In this document: positions 51,857 through 63,494 of the stretch, one piece after another | Layout: each line of letters starts with the position of its first letter | How positions within the stretch are numbered: position 1 is the first letter of the stretch | Assembly: GCA_041695225.1 (NCBI GenBank) | Contig: JBGFRI010000035.1 | Coordinates: 1-64,000 of the forward strand | DNA from: Deinococcota bacterium | GTDB taxonomy: Bacteria; Deinococcota; Deinococci; Deinococcales; Thermaceae | Length of the DNA: 64,000 nucleotides | Reading direction: 5' to 3' | Made by a program: the position numbers and the translations under genes | Notes under the pieces: generated by a model | Databases searched by the model: none | The model's input: the letters and a program-made list of their open reading frames with translations, nothing else | What the model was told of the DNA's origin: nothing

Positions 51857-52759
51857 TCAGTTGAGATAGGCGACGGGATTTACCTCGGCGCCATTGCGGA
51901 AGATGGTGTAGTGCAGGTGTGGGCCGGTTGAACGACCCGTCGAGCCCACCGCCCCCACCCGGTCGCCGCGCTCGAGACTCTGCCCGACCCGTACCGAGAT
52001 GGAGGACAGGTGCGCATACAAGGTGCGGTAGCCAAAGCCGTGGTCTACCACCACCGCCAGGCCAAAGGGCCCGTTCCAGCCTGCTTCAATTACCTCTCCC
52101 GCTCCGGTTACGCGCACGGCGGTGCCGGTGTGCGCAGGAAAGTCAATGCCGTTGTGAAACTCAAAACCCCAGCCAAAAGGATTGCGGCGGTAGCCAAAGT
52201 GCGAGCTGATGCGGGTCTGCCCCCGGATGGGGTAGCCAAAGGGAATGGCCGCTTCGCGCCTCAGGGTCGCGTTTAGGGCAGGGGATACCTCGCTCAGCTT
52301 GTTGGCGAAGGCCGCGGCCTGTTGACTGGCGTGTTTGAGGACATGTTCGAGCTCCGCCGGAGCCGAAGCCCCGCCGCGACCACCGCCTTCGTTGCGGGTG
52401 GGTACCAGCCTAATTTTTGGCATTCCAGCACGGGTACGCAGGGTGTTGATCTCGTTCTCCAGCACCTGTAACTGCTTGAGGATGCTCTGGGCGTCCTGGC
52501 TCAGGGCATTGTTACGGGTTCGTTCGGCGGTAAGCTGGTTATTGAGCTCGCGGGCCTGATCAGACAAACTGACCAGCTGAACCTGCAGGCTGCGCATCTC
52601 GGCAGTACGCTGCCAGAGCCAGATATTCAGACCGCTCCAGCCCAACAAGACCAACAATAGGGCTACTGGAATCCATACCGGTAGCGATATGGCTCTGGGT
52701 GCTGCGCCGGTTCGGGCTAGCCACAAAGTATAGCGCACAGGGTGACGGCGAATCGGCAT
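51857..52759 (-). CDS. M23-family peptidase
   Basis: TM + coiled coil, HNGIDF, YAHL, STGPHLHY; usual bactofilin neighbour. Confidence 0.93.
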   Translation of the reverse strand: MPIRRHPVRYTLWLARTGAAPRAISLPVWIPVALLLVLLGWSGLNIWLWQRTAEMRSLQVQLVSLSDQARELNNQLTAERTRNNALSQDAQSILKQLQVLENEINTLRTRAGMPKIRLVPTRNEGGGRGGASAPAELEHVLKHASQQAAAFANKLSEVSPALNATLRREAAIPFGYPIRGQTRISSHFGYRRNPFGWGFEFHNGIDFPAHTGTAVRVTGAGEVIEAGWNGPFGLAVVVDHGFGYRTLYAHLSSISVRVGQSLERGDRVGAVGSTGRSTGPHLHYTIFRNGAEVNPVAYLN

Positions 52760-53021
52760 CAGGGCATATAAGTAACGCAAACCGCAGACAAAAGTCAAGG
52801 GAGCTTTTGCCCGTTATATTAAAGCTCTCATCGGAGCCGAACCCAGACTTGCGTTTTCTACCCTCCAGCGCCATGGTCTAGCTTGTACAAAGTGAGAGTA
52901 AGCTCACACTCTAAGGGCGTTACATGAAAATAGCGATATTGTAATCAAACATACAGTGTGCAGATGCTGGTCCTCTTTCAGGGGGTGACCTGCCTGGATG
53001 GGCAGAAGACAGTACGCATGG

Positions 53022-53789
53022 TTATGCAAATTGTTCTGCTACCGCCAGGGCCACATCAATGGCCCTTTGTACCGCCTGGTCTTTGACCTCCAATACTGGC
53101 TGCTCGGCCCTGGTGCGCTGTGCAATGACCCCGCAGATACAGGCCGCGGCAAAACCATAAACGCTGCCCATCTTGAACAGAGTTCCGGCCTCCATCTCGT
53201 AGTTAATAATCCTCAGGTTGCGGTACTCCTCGGTAACACCCTGCAGGGCCCGGAGCAGATGCGGATTGGCCGAGCCAGTGCGCTCCTGCCCTTCATAAAA
53301 GGTGTCCACCGAAGCCGTAATTCCCAGCGCATAAGCAAGGCCCATGCTCCTGGCGGCCTCTACTAGCGCTACCGTGAGAAAAGGGTCGGCACTAGCGGGA
53401 TACTCTGGCGGAGCAATGTCGTTGGCGGCCCCCTGGCGGCACAAAGCGGCCTGCGAGATGGCCACACTACCCGGTAGCAGATGGTCCTGAATTGAACCGC
53501 AGGTGCCCACCCGAATGATGGTGCGAATGCCAGCCTGCACAAGTTCATTTACCACAATGCTCAGACTGGGCGCACCCATGCCGCTGGTAGCGGACAAGAC
53601 CGGCCGTCCATTGGGCAAAAACCCCAGGTAACTGTTCAGGCCACGGTTTTCCGAAAGAGTCTTGGTCTGTCTTAGCCTGGAATGGGCAATGAGCGATGCG
53701 CGGTTGGGATCTCCGCTCAAGACTGCCAGGGTAGGGGGGTTGCTGCCAAAGTCTGCGGGCCCAAAGCCGATATGGTAAAACTCTGCCAT
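53022..53789 (-). CDS. udp: Uridine/nucleoside phosphorylase
   Basis: GDPNRA, GMGAPS, IIRVGTCG, FYEGQER, NYEME. Confidence 0.88.
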   Translation of the reverse strand: MAEFYHIGFGPADFGSNPPTLAVLSGDPNRASLIAHSRLRQTKTLSENRGLNSYLGFLPNGRPVLSATSGMGAPSLSIVVNELVQAGIRTIIRVGTCGSIQDHLLPGSVAISQAALCRQGAANDIAPPEYPASADPFLTVALVEAARSMGLAYALGITASVDTFYEGQERTGSANPHLLRALQGVTEEYRNLRIINYEMEAGTLFKMGSVYGFAAACICGVIAQRTRAEQPVLEVKDQAVQRAIDVALAVAEQFA

Positions 53790-53988
53790 GAGCTATTATC
53801 GCACTCATTTTTGGTGAAGCGCCTAATATCGAGCAGCACCAGCTAGCAGGGGCCAACCCACGGGCGATCTCATGGAAGCCGATTCGGAGCAAGTCTGTGA
53901 AGCCCCAGATGGACTGGATGAGCCCGGTCCCTTCAGTAGAGGCCATGTAGTGCTAGAAGTGAGGGCCGGTCACCTCTTTCCCTTTTCA

Positions 53989-54099
53989 TTAGTCCAGAAC
54001 TTCGTCGGCGGGGGAGTTCTCGAGGATTCCCTGCCACAACAGAGCGATTACCGGCAGGGCAACCACCAAGAGCAGCATAACTCCCAGCAAAACTTCCAT
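53989..54099 (-). CDS. 36-aa single-TM small protein (not in ORF track)
   Basis: MEVLLGVMLLLVVALPVIALLWQGILENSPADEVLD*; TAACCT+6 nt before ATG. Confidence 0.6.
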   Translation of the reverse strand: MEVLLGVMLLLVVALPVIALLWQGILENSPADEVLD

Positions 54100-54164
54100 G
54101 AGCCCAGGTTATCCTGAGTTGGTCAGGCTAGGGTCAGTGCCAGAATGGCAAGTCTCAGGGAGTC

Positions 54165-54440
54165 TTAATCCTGGCTGGGGTTCTTGGACACAGAACGCTG
54201 ATTTAGATAATCATCCTCGTCTCCGGCCACTCCATCTTTCATCCTATTGGCTTTGATTCCGGCGTCAAAATCAATTTCTGTGGGCGGTTTGTCGTCCATA
54301 TCCACAATTACCGAGGGGTTGTATGGCAAAGGCTTGCCAGCAGGTAGGCCGGAGATGCCCCGTGAATGGTTCACTTTTCGCAGGAATACCACCACAAGGA
54401 CCAGCAAAACCAAGACCGCCACCAGCCAGATCCAGGACAT
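54165..54440 (-). CDS. Small membrane-anchored protein (91 aa)
   Basis: N-terminal TM, acidic C-terminal part; TAAGAT upstream of ATG. Confidence 0.7.
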   Translation of the reverse strand: MSWIWLVAVLVLLVLVVVFLRKVNHSRGISGLPAGKPLPYNPSVIVDMDDKPPTEIDFDAGIKANRMKDGVAGDEDDYLNQRSVSKNPSQD

Positions 54441-54516
54441 ACCACTTCATCTTACCGCAGGCAGGACATATCAGTTCACCTTACCGCAGGTAAGCGGGAA
54501 AGGTCTGTGAATGGGC

Positions 54517-56970
<2,454 letters not shown>

Positions 56971-57333
56971 AAGCTCCTCGACTTATTGTACCCAGGGGAT
57001 TTCAGGCAATCGAGAGCAGGCTCGCAAGCCGACATCAGAATTTAGAGAAATACCTGGATGTCACCCTGAATGAAGCGAAGGGTCTGGTGCGCTGCTCTGA
57101 ACTAAATGTGGTGGACGTAAGCGCATCAGATTCGCTGGCCCGACGAACTCAGAACGATCCTTCGAGAGCCTTGTACATGCTCGAGGTTAGCGCTCTGGGT
57201 TCGGAGATGGGCAGACCTCGAGGTACATCCCCAGGCAGTGCTGAAAGCCGACGCCCAGCGGGTAGCGCTGCCCTGCGGATCAATGTTCGAAAGGTCATGG
57301 TCTGGGTCCGGGCAACGCGTATACTTGGACGGT

Positions 57334-58587
57334 ATGGCAGTATCCCATTCGCTTCGCTCAGGGCAGGCTCCGGTTGAAATTCTGCCCAATGGACTTACCC
57401 TGGCGGTGGAGGAACGCCCCTGGAACCCCGGAGTAGCCCTGCAGCTACTGGTTCCGGCCGGGGCGGTAAACGACCCCGAGGGAATGGAAGGGGCCGCAGG
57501 TCTGATCGAAGGCTGGCTATGGAAAGGGGCCGGTAGCCGGGATGCCCGGGCTCTGGCGGACGCTTTCGATCAGCTGGGGGTGCGGCGTACCAGCTTTAGC
57601 GCCCTCGAGCACACCACCTTTACCGCGCAGTTTCTGGCCGACAAACTCCCGCAGGTGCTATCGCTTCTAGCCGATGTGCTGATGCGTCCTCATCTGCCCG
57701 GCGAGGCCCTGGAAGCGGTGCGACAGACGGCCTTGCAGGAGCTGGCGGCCCTGGACGATCAGCCGCCCAAAAAAATGTTTGCCGCCCTTCGCCGTGCGGT
57801 GTTTGTCAGCAGTCACGGGCGCAACCCCAGCGGAACCAAAGCCGATCTGCAGAGCATCTCGGCCGAGGACCTGCGCCAGGATTTTCTCCGGCGGTATGGC
57901 CCCCAGGGGGCTATTCTGACCCTGGCGGGTGGGGTGAGTTTTCTTCAGGCCAGGGAAGCCGTGCTAGACACCCTGAGGGACTGGAAGGGCGGTGGAGCGG
58001 AAAACCCGGCCATTGAGCTGCGGCCTCCCCATACCATCCACCTCGAGCAGGACACTGCCCAGGTGCAAATTGGCCTGATCTATCCGGACATCTCCTTCGA
58101 CCATCCCGAGTTTTATAGCGCCCGTCTGGCTTCGCAGGTGCTCTCGGGGGGGAGCAGCAGCCGCCTGTTTACCGAGGTGCGGGAGAAGCGGGGCCTGGTT
58201 TACTCGGTATATGCCTCTCCCAACGGCATCAAGGGCTACAGCTACCTGACTGCCTATGCCGGAACCACCGCCCAGCGGGCTGGCGAAACCCTGCAGGTGA
58301 TGCAGGCCGAGATAGCCCGGCTGGCCGAGGGGGTGCTGGACGAAGAACTAAAGCGCACCAAGATTGGCCTGCGGGCGGCTTTAGTAATGCAAGACGAGTC
58401 GTCGCGCTCGAGGGCTGCCAGCATGAGCCGCGATCTCTACATGCTGGGGCGTATCCGTACCCTGGACGAGATCGAGACCCAGATCGCCGCGGTAGACCTT
58501 CCGCGCATCAACCGCTACCTGGCTGCCAACCCCTACCAGAACCCCTGGACTGCCACCCTGGGGCCCCTGAAACCGGTGCTAGGGTGA
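57334..58587 (+). CDS. M16-family peptidase, non-catalytic subunit
   Basis: LPNGL, no HxxEH, SSRLFTEVREKRGLVY. Confidence 0.9.
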   Translation: MAVSHSLRSGQAPVEILPNGLTLAVEERPWNPGVALQLLVPAGAVNDPEGMEGAAGLIEGWLWKGAGSRDARALADAFDQLGVRRTSFSALEHTTFTAQFLADKLPQVLSLLADVLMRPHLPGEALEAVRQTALQELAALDDQPPKKMFAALRRAVFVSSHGRNPSGTKADLQSISAEDLRQDFLRRYGPQGAILTLAGGVSFLQAREAVLDTLRDWKGGGAENPAIELRPPHTIHLEQDTAQVQIGLIYPDISFDHPEFYSARLASQVLSGGSSSRLFTEVREKRGLVYSVYASPNGIKGYSYLTAYAGTTAQRAGETLQVMQAEIARLAEGVLDEELKRTKIGLRAALVMQDESSRSRAASMSRDLYMLGRIRTLDEIETQIAAVDLPRINRYLAANPYQNPWTATLGPLKPVLG

Positions 58588-58666
58588 AAGACCTGAGGAA
58601 CCCCCACCCAGTTCGGCTGGAGTTACAGGGTCTTCCCGACCTGCGACAACTTTGATGGAGTGAAGA

Positions 58667-59905
58667 ATGACCCAAAGCAATTCTGAAGTGCAGTTCAAGC
58701 AAGCCACGCTCGAGAACGGCCTGACGGTTATCGCCGAGATCAACCCCGAGGCGAAAAGCGTGGCTCTGGGCTATTTTTGCAAGACCGGTAGCCGCGATGA
58801 GACGCCAGAGACCGCGGGGGTGTCGCACTTTTTGGAACATATGCTGTTTAAGGGCTCTGAGCGGCGCGATGGCTCCCAGGTGAACCTCGAGTTTGATCGG
58901 ATGGGCGCGCAGTACAACGCCTACACCTCCGAAGAAAACACCGTCTACTACGGGGCGGTGCTGCACGAGTTTGCCCCCAGGCTCTTGGAGCTGTGGACCG
59001 ACCTGATGCGCCCGGCCCTGCGCCCTGAAGACTTCGAGACCGAAAAACAGGTCATACTCGAAGAAATTGCCCTCTACCAGGACCGGCCCAATGTAATGCT
59101 CTTTGACTGGGGGCGGGCGCGGTATTTTGCGGGGCATCCGCTGGGCAATAGCGTGCTGGGCACGACCGACTCGATTGGAGCCTTGAGTCGCGAGCAGATG
59201 GCCCAGTATCTGGCTAAGCGTTACGTGCCCTCGAACCTGGTACTGGCCCTGACCGGCAGGGTGGACTGGGAAGAGACCTTGGGACAGGTGCAACAGCTTA
59301 CCACTTCCTGGCCTAAGGGAGACTCGAGCAGGGCCTATCCCGAAATTAGCCCAAACGTGGGAGAGCTGCGCGAGCCCTACCCCAAGGCCACCCAGACCTA
59401 CCTGGCTGTGCTGGCCCCCGGTATTTCGGCCCAGGACCCCCGTCGCTACGCCGCCGCCATCCTGGCCAACATCCTGGGCGAGGAGGGGAACAGCCGCCTG
59501 CACTGGGCGCTCACCGACAAAGGGCTGGTGGAGTCGGCGGGGGCCGAGGTGGACGAGGGCGACCAGGCCGGGCTGTTTTATGCCTATGCCCAGACCGACC
59601 CGTCTAACGAAGAGCTGGTGAAGGCGGCCCTGCGAGCCGAGCTAGACCGGCTTCAGCGCGAGGGGGTTGGTGCGGCAGAGCTGGAACAGGCCAAACACAA
59701 ACTGGCCACCGCCCTGGTGTTCGCTGCCGAGACCCCCATGCAGCGCCTGATGAGTGTGGGCCTTAACTATGTCTACAACCGGGCCTACGAGCCCCTGAGC
59801 GTGGTGGCCCGTAAGGTTAGCGCCGTTACCCTGGCCGATATAAACGCCCTACTGGAGGCCAGGCCCTTCAGCCGCAGTTTTTTGTATAGTCTGGTGCCGG
59901 TTTAA
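58667..59905 (+). CDS. M16-family peptidase, catalytic subunit
   Basis: GSRDE, HFLEH, NAYTS, EKQVILEE. Confidence 0.95.
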   Translation: MTQSNSEVQFKQATLENGLTVIAEINPEAKSVALGYFCKTGSRDETPETAGVSHFLEHMLFKGSERRDGSQVNLEFDRMGAQYNAYTSEENTVYYGAVLHEFAPRLLELWTDLMRPALRPEDFETEKQVILEEIALYQDRPNVMLFDWGRARYFAGHPLGNSVLGTTDSIGALSREQMAQYLAKRYVPSNLVLALTGRVDWEETLGQVQQLTTSWPKGDSSRAYPEISPNVGELREPYPKATQTYLAVLAPGISAQDPRRYAAAILANILGEEGNSRLHWALTDKGLVESAGAEVDEGDQAGLFYAYAQTDPSNEELVKAALRAELDRLQREGVGAAELEQAKHKLATALVFAAETPMQRLMSVGLNYVYNRAYEPLSVVARKVSAVTLADINALLEARPFSRSFLYSLVPV

Positions 59906-59912
59906 TGGGGGA

Positions 59913-60836
59913 GTGGTGGTGCGGGCCTGGCTGCTACTGGCGCTGTTGCTGGGCGGTATCTCGCTCGCTCAGAGTGCGCTGGAACTCGAGGTGCTAAGGC
60001 GCACTAACCAGGTGCGCACCGAGCATGGCCTGCGGCCCCTGCGCTGGGACCCGCTGGCCTACAAAGCAGCGCTGGGCCATGCCAAAGATATGCTAAAACA
60101 CAACTTTTTTGCCCACCAAAACCAGGGCGGTCTGGGTGCTCTGGAGCGGATGCAGGCAGCCGGTCTGATGGAATTGATCACTGGCGAAAACCTGGCCAGC
60201 TTCGAGGGCTTTCCTAGCGCTGAAATTCCTGGACGCTCGCTATCGGGCTGGATGAACAGCCCGGGGCACCGGGCCAATTTGCTCCGCCCCGAGTTTACCC
60301 ATCTGGGGGTGGCCCTGGTGCGCCAGGGGCGCCGGGTTGTGGTGGTGCAGAACTTCGTCGGGCGGCCCTTTGAACTCCGGGTAGGCCTGACCCCAGCCCA
60401 GGCCGAGCGCACGGTGCTGGTGCTTTCCGGAACGGGCCCCGGTACGGTGGGGGTGTTTGTGGGCAGCAACCTCTATGCCCGGGTTATTCCGCCCATCGCC
60501 GCACGGCTCGAGCTACCCCCCAGAACCGAGGTGAGCTTTGCAGTTTTTGACGGAAAAACCTGGCGGGCCACCCGCAACGGCGAGCGCGGTCTGCGTCTGG
60601 AAACTACCCTGGAGGAGAGCCTGGCCCCGGGCCGGAGAGTGGTGCTCAGCCTTCCCGCTGGCAGCTTTTCCTTGGCGGTGGGAAACGAGCCGCGTTTCTG
60701 GCAAAACGTCGCGGGGCCGGTGCGGCTAGAGTTCACCCTGCCTGAAACACTGGAAGCGCTGTGGGTGGGCAGTCAGCAGGGTGACCGGTTCAACTATACC
60801 CACCGCATTCCCCTGACTGCCAGGTTGGGCGAATAG
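59913..60836 (+). CDS. CAP/SCP-domain exported protein
   Basis: Signal peptide, NQVR..GL.PL, GENLA, WMNSPGHRANLL. Confidence 0.92.
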   Translation: MVVRAWLLLALLLGGISLAQSALELEVLRRTNQVRTEHGLRPLRWDPLAYKAALGHAKDMLKHNFFAHQNQGGLGALERMQAAGLMELITGENLASFEGFPSAEIPGRSLSGWMNSPGHRANLLRPEFTHLGVALVRQGRRVVVVQNFVGRPFELRVGLTPAQAERTVLVLSGTGPGTVGVFVGSNLYARVIPPIAARLELPPRTEVSFAVFDGKTWRATRNGERGLRLETTLEESLAPGRRVVLSLPAGSFSLAVGNEPRFWQNVAGPVRLEFTLPETLEALWVGSQQGDRFNYTHRIPLTARLGE

Positions 60837-60992
60837 ACCGTTCAAAATAGCAGTGCGCGCTACTGTTTGTACTTGGTAGGGTGTCGCGCAAGGTTTACGG
60901 TTGCCTGGCAACCGGACTGCGGGTTGAAAACTTGAACCCTGGCAACTGTACTGATCCCGTTTGAATATGATTTACCTGCCTCCATGCCTCAT

Positions 60993-61030
60993 CCAAAGGG
61001 CAGTCTGACCCAGGCCAGACTGCCCTTTGG
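60993..61030. terminator. Perfect 15-bp stem-loop (terminator or attenuator)
   Basis: CCAAAGGGCAGTCTG-8 nt-CAGACTGCCCTTTGG; weak U-tail. Confidence 0.55.
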
Positions 61031-61220
61031 TTAGTAGTGTGGCAGACACGGGAAATTGGGCTGTCAGTAGGGTCAGTTGCCGGGCGCCCCCAGCACCGCT
61101 ATTTCTCGAAATGCGATGGGACAATTGGCACTGGCTCCCTCTTATCCAGCCGCTAAAGTCAGAGATAGGAGTGCGGTGCAGCTAAGCTTGGCCGCAGCCA
61201 GGTTATGAGAGGGAGTTGCC

Positions 61221-63494
61221 ATGCGCCCAGACAGTGCTGCAGGAGGAAACCAGCAGAATTCCCTATATCTTGGGGTTGACATTGGGTCTGCCACAGTCAA
61301 GGTGATAGGCATTGACCACCAGGGTGACCTGGCAGGCCCGGGGGTATATCTGCGCCACGACCAGTTTGCCTCGCCTACCGAAGCGCTGATGCATGCCATG
61401 CGCCGCTACCTGGGTTCAGCGCCGGGCCAGGTGGCTGGAATTGGGATCACCGGCAGCGGCCGGGCAGTAAATGCCAGGCTAATTGGGGCCGACCTGATCC
61501 GTACCGAGATCTTCGCGCACGCCATGGGGCTTGCCCACCTGGTAGCCAGAGGCAAGACCGGTCTGACTGCGGACAACACCCATGGTAAAGGCGGCATCGG
61601 TACGTTGATTGAGATCGGCGGACAGGACTCAAAGGTTATTGTCTTTGGCCCGGACGGGCTCCCCGCCTTCTTCAACATGAACACCATCTGTTCGGCCGGA
61701 ACCGGCGAGTTCCTCAAGCAAATCGCCGATGAAGCCGGGATCAGTCTGGAGGAGTTTGGGCGCCTGGCTCTACAAAGCGACCGGCCGGCGAGTATCGACT
61801 CTACCTGCACGGTCTTTTCCCGCCGCGACTTCAGGCACCTGACGCAAAAAGGCGTTCCACTGGCCGATCGGTTGATGGGGGTCTGTCAGGCCATGGTGCG
61901 CAACTATCTGACCAACGTGGTCCAGGGCGTACGTTTGCCGTCGCCGGTCTTCTTCCAGGGGGGTGTGGCCTTCAACCCGGCAGTGGTGCGAGCTTTTGAG
62001 CAGCGGTTGCAGACCCCGGTCTATGTGACCCCGCACAACGACGTGGTGGGCGCTTTGGGAATGGCGGTGATCGTGCGCGAGACCATGTCGGGTCAGGGTG
62101 AGTTGACCACCCGGTTCCGCGACGATTTCGACCAGCGCTCCTTCCACAGCCGCGTCCAGTACTGCCATGGCTGCCTGAACTCCTGTGACTTGGCCCAGCC
62201 CTACGAACTGGTCGGAGACCAGCTGATCGTCCTGGAGACCCTGGGTGGGCGCTGTGAAGGCGCGCAAAACCCAAAGAATGTCAAAGACACCCCACCGCCC
62301 GGCCGCGCTCGCTTTCAGATACCGGTCCGGCGCAGAACCGCAAAAGGACGGCCCTTCAATGTGGTCAACCCTGCGGGAAAGCACCAGCGTTCTTCCAGAA
62401 ACTCCTATTTTGCCGGTCTGGATGGCGGCTCCCGTGGCACCAAATATGCACTGATCCGCAGTCTCGGGCCTGGCCGCGAGCCAGCTGGCCGCGAGCTCGA
62501 GATCGTGGCTATTGGCACCGTTGACACGGCTGGGGACGCCATAGCGGCCTGCCTTACGGCCCTGAGGGGTCTGCAGGCGGCGCTGCCGGCAGGAGCCACG
62601 CTGGCTGCTATCGGTACCACCGGCAGCGCGGGTGAGCTGTTTCGCGATATGGTGACACGAAAAAGCTCGGGGACAGCCGATCTCCGCAGTAGCGAGATCG
62701 TGGCCCACTATGCCTGGGCCCAGCACTGGATGCCCGAGGTCGGCACGGTCATGGATATCGGGGGTAACGACGCCAAGCTGATCACAGTGGCCGGCGGGGG
62801 ACTGGACTTTGCCATGAACGATAAATGTGCTGCCGGCACCGGCTCATTCCTCGAGGCCGTGGCGCGCCGCTTCCGTGTGCCCATTGAGGAGTACGCCGAT
62901 GTGGCCATGAAAGGTGGCGACGCGGTACGGATCGCCGGGCGCTGTGCAGTCTTTGGTGAGTCAGACATTGTCCATAAGGCGCGGTCGGGTTTTCCCACCG
63001 AGGATCTGTTTCTGGGCCTGGCTTTTGCCATTTGTCGGACCTATCTTTCCGACGTTGGCCGGGGCAAAACCCTTTACCTGCCAGTTGTGGGCCAGGGGGG
63101 CGCTTTCCTCAACCGCGCCCTGCAGTATGCCTTCCGCGAAACGCTGGGCCTGACCGAGCAGGAGTTTGTAGTATCGGACAACCCCACTTACGTCCTGTGC
63201 GCCGGCGCGCTGGGCGCGGCCCTGATGGCCATGGGCAGCTGGGAACAGGGGCAGGACAGCCACTTTAAGGGTTTCGACTATATTCTGAGCAGCAGCTTCG
63301 CCACCGTCACCACCAGATGTGCCCTGGCGTCTTGCCACCGCCAGTGTGACGAAGTGGTGGCCCTGCTGGAAAACGAGATCCCCATCGCGGGGTACAAGGC
63401 CATCGACTGCCATCAAGGGCGCTTCTGTGGGCTCATGGGCCGTGAAGAAGAGCGCGAACACGTCAGGCAGCTACTCGCGGTTACGGGGAGGTGA
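61221..63494 (+). CDS. Acyl-CoA dehydratase activase with two BadF/BcrAD (ASKHA) domains
   Basis: GVDIGSATVK, IEIGGQDSK, MNTICSAGTG, STCTVF; second domain DIGGNDAK, MNDKCAAGTG, RCAVF; CxxCxxxC linker. Confidence 0.9.
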   Translation: MRPDSAAGGNQQNSLYLGVDIGSATVKVIGIDHQGDLAGPGVYLRHDQFASPTEALMHAMRRYLGSAPGQVAGIGITGSGRAVNARLIGADLIRTEIFAHAMGLAHLVARGKTGLTADNTHGKGGIGTLIEIGGQDSKVIVFGPDGLPAFFNMNTICSAGTGEFLKQIADEAGISLEEFGRLALQSDRPASIDSTCTVFSRRDFRHLTQKGVPLADRLMGVCQAMVRNYLTNVVQGVRLPSPVFFQGGVAFNPAVVRAFEQRLQTPVYVTPHNDVVGALGMAVIVRETMSGQGELTTRFRDDFDQRSFHSRVQYCHGCLNSCDLAQPYELVGDQLIVLETLGGRCEGAQNPKNVKDTPPPGRARFQIPVRRRTAKGRPFNVVNPAGKHQRSSRNSYFAGLDGGSRGTKYALIRSLGPGREPAGRELEIVAIGTVDTAGDAIAACLTALRGLQAALPAGATLAAIGTTGSAGELFRDMVTRKSSGTADLRSSEIVAHYAWAQHWMPEVGTVMDIGGNDAKLITVAGGGLDFAMNDKCAAGTGSFLEAVARRFRVPIEEYADVAMKGGDAVRIAGRCAVFGESDIVHKARSGFPTEDLFLGLAFAICRTYLSDVGRGKTLYLPVVGQGGAFLNRALQYAFRETLGLTEQEFVVSDNPTYVLCAGALGAALMAMGSWEQGQDSHFKGFDYILSSSFATVTTRCALASCHRQCDEVVALLENEIPIAGYKAIDCHQGRFCGLMGREEEREHVRQLLAVTGR

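Noticed and set aside
60870..61175. Cobalamin or SAM-I riboswitch upstream of the activase
   Set aside because: Fragments (GCAACTGTA, ACCTGCC, CTCTTATCCAG) are present, but core elements (GGGAA, SAM-I P2-P4) are missing.
58508..62726. Long antisense ORFs (58508-59503, 61770-62726)
   Set aside because: Shadow frames opposite well-supported genes in GC-rich DNA.
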